Translations under genes and position numbers: made by a program | Shown: positions 55,441 through 64,000 of the stretch, piece after piece | Position numbering within the stretch: the stretch's first letter is position 1 | Layout of the letters: each line of letters begins with the position of its first letter | Assembly (NCBI GenBank): GCA_951406725.2 | Contig: OX597816.1 | Location: 85,002,001-85,066,000 of the forward strand | DNA length: 64,000 nucleotides | Source of the DNA: Octopus vulgaris | Taxonomy: Eukaryota | Direction: 5' to 3' | Notes under the pieces: model-generated | The model's input: the letters and a program-made list of their open reading frames with translations, nothing else | What the model was told of the DNA's origin: nothing | The model's database searches: none

Positions 55441-57530
55441 TTATGGCGTTAATCCGTTCAGTGGTTTAGTATCACTATCCGGCTGAACATTAACTTTAGC
55501 GGTGTCCACACTGTTGCAGGAAATTGGACTGTTTCCGATCTGAAAACACCGTTATCACAGACTCCGAATATTTCGATGGGTAACGTCTTTCGTCTTCTTC
55601 AAAAGGTATAAACCAATTACGACCTTAGATAACCATCGATGCCTTCATTTTCATTCAGCATTTCAATAAGTAGTCAGCCTAGTGGAGTCTAAAATTCTCG
55701 AACCTATTATATACTGGTGTAAGCGAATAGCTACCGAAAGAAGGCGAAATCAACTGGCTCAACACATATAGAGAATTCAGAAGTAATCAAATAAAAACTT
55801 TCAAGTAGTTTGCTAGTCTATTATTAATGTTAATATTTAAGATTCATAGTGCAATACCAAATTTAGAATTGTAGGGTTAAACCAGTGAGGATGTGAAAAT
55901 TCCTTTCAGATAAGATTTAATATTTTTGTACTAAATATTTGCATGGTCAAATTGCGTGTGGTATAAGTTTTCAATTGAACTTTCCACATCTAGAGTTAAG
56001 AGAAAACTGAAATTACATTCTTTGAAACAAAATCTGCCTATTACTTTCTATATAAAGTATCTCCATTTTGCTGCGACCCTATTAGAATAAATCATGCACA
56101 GGTGTATCCACTTGAATAGGCAATGAATCTCAATTTTCGAAAGCGTGGCCAATCATCAAAGACCATGCATTATAAAAATTAATTCCATATTGCTCTCCAG
56201 ACCGGTTTCATTTATTAACTTCGTTTCAGTAACTAAGTCAATTTGTAAATGTAAATCTAATTCAAGTAACTCAACCAAAATCACCGTAAAGCGCGCAGTT
56301 TATTTCGCCAGAGCTTATTCAACATTAAATTCGTTTGATTCAAAAGAATGAAAAGATGGTTTAATATCAGAGAGAGTCAGTGTCATTACCGGAAATTGTA
56401 CAAAAAGGAAGGAAACCAATGCTCTTCCTGTTAACGGACTAAGCTTTTCATTTTTCATCAAACTAGAATATCCGGTATCATGAAAATATTAAAAATACGT
56501 GAAGAGTTATGGTATTTCCTCTGAAAAAGAATATTGTGTTGCTTTTGTTGTTATTAATGTTATGATTATTTATGATATTTTTGTTTAAATGTGCTTCCAT
56601 ATATGAATGATATCTGCTCTATGCTCACACTCCTATTAATGTTTTAATAATCGACATGACCATTAAATCTGTTGATATTCTGTTGATAGTTTATCAACGT
56701 ACAGTTTCACATCAGCGCTTCCTAAATCTATTTAGCGTGCTATCATGGTTTACGCTTCTCGATGATTTATTCTCTCTCACTCTTACTGAAACTACTGAAT
56801 ACTGCACTCGGTGTATGAACTTGAACGTTTAGATAAATCGACAGAAGTCTTAAGGAGAGACATGCAAAGGTGATATGGAGGAAATGTTAATATATTTATT
56901 ATATGCACAAGATTGTAAGAAACACTTTATACAAAGAGTTGAACACCTCATAAACTAATGCAGCGATGCGGTTTCAAGACACCGTTGTGTATTACTTTAC
57001 TTACACATTTTATTTACGACTTTTCATGAGAGCGTTCACCCAGAGGGATTTAAGCTGCAACTCTCTCTTAGATCCCTTCTAATATTGTAACATACTTATG
57101 CACAGTTGAAACACACGTGCACACACGCACACACACACACAGATACACCTAAAATTTTACGATTTTTTGTGTATGAAATGGAATTTATGTACAGATATAT
57201 ACTTAGCTTATCAGCCACCTGGAAATTCAAGCCTCAATCTAGAGGAATTTTAATGAATGTTTCCTTTAACATTTAAACGTATATCTTGCGTTGTTTTGCA
57301 GTACATTTAAGTGTATAACTACACACATATGTAGATTGCTTGAGCATTAGAATATTGAGTATTCTCTAGTAACCCTATCGAAAATAAAGAAATACATACA
57401 TACATATAAGATCATTTTGATCGAATTTCGAAATCACGTGATATTAACAACCGAAAACAACAGTATTCGGGCAAACAGATCGAAAAATTTACTCCACATA
57501 CCTATATAACAGAATGTTATACATTTGTTA

Positions 57531-57575
57531 GTGGACCGGTTTCTGGTTTGACATAAATCTTACCTTCATCAGCAC
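57531..57575 (-). ncRNA. Minimal type I hammerhead ribozyme, apparently intact
   Basis: GTG-CTGATGA-A-GGT(AAGATTTATGTCAA)ACC-A-GAAA-CCGG-TC-CAC: stem I GTG/CAC, palindromic ACCGGT, canonical GUC triplet. Confidence 0.8.
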
Positions 57576-57682
57576 ATGTGAGCCATTTGAAAAAAATTTT
57601 CTCAATCCGCTAAGTTGAAATCTAATGGTCCTCTGAAATGTTTTACGGTAAATCTGAGCAGCCTCAGTGTAAAAAGTATCAT

Positions 57683-57763
57683 TATGGAGCAAATATTCAG
57701 GAGTGAATGTTTATATAGATATCATTAGTTTTAATAAATATTCATTGCTGAATATTTGCTCCG

Positions 57764-57765
<2 letters not shown>
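57683..57765. repeat. 32-bp inverted repeat (hairpin)
   Basis: TATGGAGCAAATATTCAGGAGTGAATGTTTAT / ATAAATATTCATTGCTGAATATTTGCTCCGTA with a 19-nt loop. Confidence 0.9.
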
Positions 57766-57826
<61 letters not shown>

Positions 57827-57940
57827 AATATATATAACGGTAATTAATATTTTGTATTGACTTGTACTTCAGTTCAGCAGAAATAGGAAGAAAGGTAAAG
57901 CTGTTTCAATAGCAACTGTGTTAAACTTTGACGTTATTAA

Positions 57941-58152
57941 AGGCGGTGAGCAGACCGAATATTAAGCACTCCGGGTGAAACGTTTAGCGGCTTTTGGCCC
58001 ATCTCTGCGTTGTGAGTTCGATTTACACTGAGGTCGACATATCTTTAATCTCTTCGGTGTCGATAAAATAAGTTCCAGTTAAACACTGGGATCGATGTAA
58101 TCGACTTACTGCTTCCTCTTAAGTGGCTGACCTAGAGGCTAAATTTCAAACT
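57941..58152 (+). mobile_element. SINE (15482 family)
   Basis: AGGCGGTGAGC head; GAGGTCGAC...GTCGATAAAATAAGTTCCAGTTAAACACTGGGATCGATGTAATCGACTT. Confidence 0.85.
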
Positions 58153-59726
58153 GATATTGACATTAGTGACCTCATGTTTTCCTATCGTTTTATTTCTGGC
58201 ACAATATCATCCTTTCAGTGACCGATTGTCATCATCATCATCATCATCCTCATCATCCTCATCATCATCATCATCATCCTCATCATCATCAGCAGCAGCA
58301 TCACCAGTACTATCCTTATCGGCAGAGGATGCCACAGTTACACCCATCTCTACTTGTAGGAATCCATTTATTCTACCTCTTTTACCATCTCTATCTTTTT
58401 TATCGACGATATCACACTGCCACTAAATCTGTCTTGGAGAAAAAATCGTAACCTTATTTTCTAAACAACTCAACAACAACAAGGCCGAAAGGAAGCAACT
58501 CAGAAATTTCCTTAGAAATATCCGTTACTATTCTCCGCTGTGATATAAATAAAATAGCCCCCTGAAGTACCTGAAATCTACCGCTATTCTCTATTAAAGA
58601 AATTATGTCTATTGTGAACTTGTCCTCCTGTTCGCCTTTCAGAAGTACATGAGTGTGAAAAGTATCTCACTGCTAATAATCCTCCTAATATTTAATTCAA
58701 CCTTGCCAAAGTTCTTCACTATTCTAATGGTGTATAATGCAGCCCCGAATATAACGCAAGCCCTTGTAAGAACAATGCTGTTCCAGTTGCTTCTTACAAG
58801 TAGGCATTCGTAGAGAATAAATCTTAACAACCGTGACCATATCCTGCAGTTCAATTAAAATCTCTTTGTTTCCAGAAACGAAGCGTTTTCAAACCAAGAG
58901 AACTCCTCTTTAGCAAAAGAATTTAGGAAAAAAGCATTGTATTAGTAACACATCATAAACCCCTACTATCACCGTAACACACAACGTACTTTCAGAGTAC
59001 GATACAAGAAGCAATGCAAGCACTTCCTGCTAAAATATCAAAGGCAGCATCGTAGTTATCGATCCACAAAACTATTCACCATTGTTAAAAGAACCTTGTG
59101 GCTCTTTTGAATCGAATATACATTGCTAAGTTTGATGAGTTAGGTGAGACTCAATCGTTTCAGTGCTTATATTATCACTAAAAATATACACTATGAGGTA
59201 AGAATTTAGAGTTGTATCAATTTTGCTATGACCAATTTAATGATTATATTTACTGATACGTTCAAGCAGTACGAATGTGCATTCGATATAGGGAATTTTC
59301 ATGTAGGCGGATAATATTTGGATTATGAAGTTAAAGGGAAATCGAAATATGGATTTTTAAATTACTAACAAGACACAGCTTTTGAGGAAAAAGAGCAATT
59401 ATGCGAGAACTCTTGCAACTGATTCTTTTCAACTATGAGTAATGAAAGGTAAGGATGGAAATCAGATCATAAAAAATCTTATATAAGTACCATAAAATAT
59501 TTAGAATACTATTCAAGAGTTTTCTCTACGTTACACCTTTGGAGGTATTAATTCTTAAACGTAACGAAAAAGTCAGCAACTTAGATAGAGAAAATGTTTA
59601 AGCACGATGCCCCCTAGCATACAACTACGCTATTTCGATTTACAGTTCATGAAGTTGATTGTTTCCCTTTACTCTTTAAGATTCACGGAAGGTGCTTTTA
59701 TCTATGGTGATACTGGTGTCAATTAA

Positions 59727-60200
59727 GGTGGCGAGCTGGCAAAATCATTAACGAGCCGGGAAAATGCTTAGCGGCATTTTCCCGACTTTATATTCCGAGT
59801 AAAACTGCTACCGGTGTCGACTTTAATTTTCATCCTTTTAGCATCAATAAAATAAATACATCTGAACACTAGTAAAACGGTAAAGTTACCTTCTCGAGTC
59901 ATGCAGACTTATAAGGATGGGTTAACCGTTTTCATGGCATATAAATTCTCCTCTTGAACTGGACGCCTGTCCGTCGGAGGATTGCTCATTTTTCCAGCTG
60001 AGTGTAATGGAGCAACGTGAAATGAGGTGTTTTGCTCAAGAACACAGCGCGTCGTCCGATCCAGAAATCGAAACCACAATCGTACAATTAAGAATCCCAC
60101 ACCGTAACCGCTAGACCACGCGCCGCCACACAGTTGAACACTGGGGTCGACGAAATCAAATTACCCCAGTCCCCTGACTTGCTGGCCTTGTGCCAACCGG
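59727..60200 (+). mobile_element. SINE (15482 family) split by a nested insertion
   Basis: 5' part at 59727-59870; resumes at 60131 with CAGTTGAACACTGGGGTCGA...GCTGGCCTTGTGCCAA. Confidence 0.8.
59871..60130 (-). mobile_element. CORE-like tRNA SINE nested in another SINE
   Basis: Minus-strand tRNA-like head and CORE-like GTGTTCTTGAGCAAAACACCTCATTTCACGTTGCTCCA. Flanked by a diverged direct repeat CATCTGAACACT / CAGTTGAACACT. Confidence 0.85.
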
Positions 60201-61066
60201 AAACTAAAAAGTGGTGATAATTTCAGTTCGAAGCTTAACTACTATTATTATAACTACTATTATTCTTTCGATGACTTTCCCTATATCCTTGAAACAATTT
60301 TGATCCAAACATAATGTACCAAGTTTTTTTTTAAATCTCACTGGCTTGTGAGTTAAAAGGGCCCAAAGACCAGACTCCAATGAACTTCACTTTCTTTTCA
60401 TATTCATGTTAGCCAGATCGTCTCGAAACCAATGTTTTGGACACGCACTGAACTTCTCTCTAAGTAATTCGATTTTGAATTTCACCATTTATAAGTGCAG
60501 CAACACAAAATGAAAAATATTTCTAATGTCAGCCCGGACTGACTAACAATTTACGTGTAGTGTATTGACTCTCGCTGATGCAGCCAAAAACTTGTTTCCA
60601 TGCAATCTACTGATTATATATAAAAGTTACTGACTACATAAATTTACACTTAAATAAAATGCGGCTCTTTTTTCAAGTCAAATTTTGTATTCATTTATTC
60701 GTACATCATACCGCACTATAGCACACTGACTGTATACAGCGATTGGTGATTGTATTGGACATCAATGATCGAGAACATATTATTATGTCGTACTTGCAGT
60801 TTCGATCTAATATATCACACTATAATTTCCTTTCGTTTTACTTCAAGTAGGTTCATTTCATGACAGAGTTTAAACTAATTTATTGTTACGTTTTTTTTAT
60901 CTCACTGGCTTACCAGAATCAATAACGAAATCATGAAATTCACATTCTGTATTGGTTGAAATCCTGCAGTATTTTGCAGTACTACTTAACATCTAAAATA
61001 GAAGAAAACAATATATGTAACGTAGGGTCCCGTGATGGTAGAATCAACAGAATAATATTTTATCAG

Positions 61067-61126
<60 letters not shown>

Positions 61127-61779
61127 CATACAATTGATATGACCAGCGGTTTGCAATGTTACACCAAAGAGAAGAATTACAAATGTCACTGACTGCGATT
61201 AGGGTGTTAGACAACACCTACATTGCTAGAAATAAAAGCTAAAACGCTCTAATGCTGTTGTTAAACGCACATGAATGAAAACATACACAAACGGGCACCA
61301 TAATCGTCCGAAAAGTGCCGACCGAGAATTCTTCATACTGACGCGTAATTTTCAGCAATTTTCGTTGCCTCGGCTTCGGCCCTTTCCGGACTCGCTTCGC
61401 CATTAGTATTTATGTTTTCATCATCCAAATAATTAGCAATTCGCTAATGTGTATGTATAAAATTAATATGAACAGCAGTTTGCCGAGAATTCCATAAAGT
61501 TAATATGAACAGCAGTTTAAGTATTTCAAATGGTCTGCTCCTTTTTCTTTATCATTATCCGTAAAGAACAGGGACTCTTACATAATGGACTCATTTATAA
61601 CATTCAATAGGTTTCTTAAGATGTAATGTCGGATCTATTTGAGATGTAATGGATCTATTCTTAAGATGTAATTTTGTCGGATCTATTTGAGTATTTCTTA
61701 CAACGCATCTGATCTTGTAACATACATATTTCATACGGATGGCGCTATAACCTGCTTTACAGCTTCATTCTATTTTTTT

Positions 61780-62900
61780 TTTCAATGACAAAATGCTTTA
61801 AAATTCACATTTTGTTCATGCTGACTACTTATTAATTCTTCGAAGTAAATATTTTGTGGTGAAAAGAACTCCAAGTCTCGTCGGTAAAATATGTCCCAGA
61901 CATGTTTCTGGGTAAATTCAAGCAAATGTGTATGATCTTGAGTATTGTCGATGTAACACATCGTTGTATGTATACGTTTAATTTTCATTTGTAGAACTGG
62001 ACTGAATCATCCAAAGTTCCTTCAATGTATATTTAATTAAAGAATCTATTTCGAGTATTACTTTCTAAGAATTACAAAAACTTACTTTAAGAGGTTAAAC
62101 TAATTAATGATGTTTGACGTTGAGAGCGTACGATTCATATTTAAAGTGCTTATGTTTAGGCTTAAGATGATTACTTTGAATGTACCCATAACTTTTGAAA
62201 GGGTTCCATTTAATGGCTTAACTGAAGCTGGAAAATGCTTGTAGAACATAAAGACAGATCAGAAGATCATTTGTTGTTTTGAACAATCTCTTATGCATAG
62301 TTCTTCATATTTTAACGAATGCTATACATATATTACATTAAAGAATGCTATACATACCTTATCAAAGTGTAAGAGGAACAATTTTGATTTTTAATATCCT
62401 ATAGTGATTCATTTTGGTTAAAACGTTATGCCAGCATTGAGATTTCTTTTCTTGACATATATTGTCATTGATATCTTAGAATCTATTGCTTCAATGCCAT
62501 GAAAATATTCTCAAGTATTAAAGTAGTATTAAAAGTTTGTCATTCAAGGAAGTAAACTACCATAAAGCAACGCAAGAGATACGTTTTATCTCTTAATTCC
62601 TTGATTAATAATTTAAATGACAAATACAATATTGACCAGCACTATCTCATCTGTCTGTGAATTAATTTTATACATATTGACAAATATATGATATTTGGCT
62701 TAAGGTTTGGGAAATACAATATAAAATCTAATAATTCGCTCGAGATTACAGACACAATTAGAAAAACATCAAACTACTTCAGTTTCAATAACTTCGTATT
62801 GATTTTTATCCAAATTGCTAACCCATCATTGGTCAAAGTTTATAATATATCAATAGGCTGAAACTGAATACTTTATGTTAACATTATTAAGTTCATCCAT
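61780..62900 (-). pseudogene. Possible ancient PLE reverse-transcriptase remnant
   Basis: Minus-strand fragments SELLDFIL, TIGY*KSKL (cf. MGYLE.KL), IRYV* (cf. RYIDD) and GYIQSNH occur in PLE order. Very degraded. Confidence 0.35.
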
Positions 62901-63039
62901 CCTAAATCTGAAGATGATAAGGTAATCATATTTAGACAGTGTGTCTTCTTATGTGGTTTATTAGACTAATTTTGGCCAAACTCCGCAGTTACAATTGGGT
63001 TACGTAAAAGTAGAATCAGGACACTATGAAAATGTTCGT

Positions 63040-63850
63040 CTTCTTGTTCCCCTTTAGTCTTTCTGCATACCCCTCTGGTCATATCATATTCAGATTGCCG
63101 TACTCCAGAGTACACAATATTTAACCAGCGTGAGATGCTTCCAAGTAGACTGCTCTAAGTTACAGTTGTCTTGATCGTGTCTTTGGATTTTTTCTTTGGT
63201 CCACCATGTTACCGAGAGCTAGCAACTAGTTCACCAAAGAAATTTTTCTGGGAATCTAAATTCGGGAATGCGTGTTTCATATCTACGCCACTTCATGGAA
63301 TTTGCTCAGGAATGTTCTGTGGAACAAAGTTGTATTAGGAATTTTACACTGAAACACCGGCCGTTAAGAATTTTTCGCGAATATTTTGGATGAAATTAAT
63401 TTTTTGCCATGTTTTTAACAAAGTATTCAGGTCTCACACCCATTACGTGAATGTAGTGTAGCCTCCATATCAGCTTTGTATTTATCAACATCTCTTTCAT
63501 AGTCAGACCAAGTCTTTTCTAACATGCCGAAAGCAGGGCTGGTTTTGCTACCCTTGCATACTCTTCATAATCAATGTGAATACTCCTTGTGACAGTGCTC
63601 ATCCAAGGTAAGGGAATCTCTTTGTATTTTAGAGTAGTTCAATGTTGAATGTCAGAAGAGGTTCAATATAAGATTTTCCGGGAGCTTGCCACCGGTCTTT
63701 CTGTTACTCTTTATACGGCCGACGTTAACCCAAGATGTAGTTAAGTTGAGTAAGATCTATTGAAAACCTGCATTAGAGTTTGCATCCAGAGCACAATCAT
63801 CCCCCAAAACAGTTCCCTTGTGGTTTAACGTTTTGCTTTGTGACGGTTTA
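63040..63850 (-). pseudogene. RTE-clade LINE ORF2 C-terminal fragment
   Basis: FPYLG, KTSPAFGMLEKTWS (cf. KASxAFGRL..W), NGCET* (cf. YGCETW), RKIL and IPNT. Confidence 0.6.
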
Positions 63851-64000
63851 TGTTATACTGATAACTATCATATCTGTATCTGTTCTTGATTCCGGGTGTT
63901 ACATATACCCTATTATTGAATGAAATTAAATCAAGTACCAATAAAGTAGTAATATTTTTTTTTTGCATCATAAGAGGAAGTGCGGCACCAATTACACAAT

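Noticed and set aside
61461-61692. Short direct repeats with spacers (TTAATATGAACAGCAGTTT twice; AGATGTAAT..GGATCTATT three times) resembling a CRISPR array
   Set aside because: Eukaryotic context, irregular slippage-type duplications, and no cas genes.
61782-61988. 68-aa non-repetitive ORF as a host exon
   Set aside because: No recognisable domain or splice context; more likely part of a decayed retroelement frame.
62907-62935. CTGAAGA followed by a TGAT/ATCA hairpin
   Set aside because: No GAAA or UH element follows.

Overview
AT-rich eukaryotic non-coding DNA, either intergenic or inside a large intron. The microsatellite load and the SINE/MITE families resemble those I recall from octopus (cephalopod) genomes; this is an inference, not a database match. 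I found no convincing host protein-coding exon, and almost all ORFs in the track are microsatellite translations. The window is a mosaic of decayed mobile elements: R4/Dong-like restriction-endonuclease non-LTR retrotransposons inserted in (TAA)n, several mariner/Tc1 elements and a MITE, a decayed Ty3/Gypsy element with one LTR, an RTE LINE fragment, about 12 tRNA-derived SINEs, and many 3' ends of Penelope-like elements (PLEs). The main unannotated signal is about a dozen type I hammerhead ribozyme motifs (CUGANGA - stem II - GAAA - palindromic stem III - UH, closed by stem I). They lie on both strands, come from several unrelated families, and most sit a short distance upstream of a (TA)n/(CA)n tract. 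They include variants with a greatly expanded stem II, a tandem dimer, a possible self-masking catalytic core, and a hammerhead that appears to form the tail of a tRNA-headed SINE.
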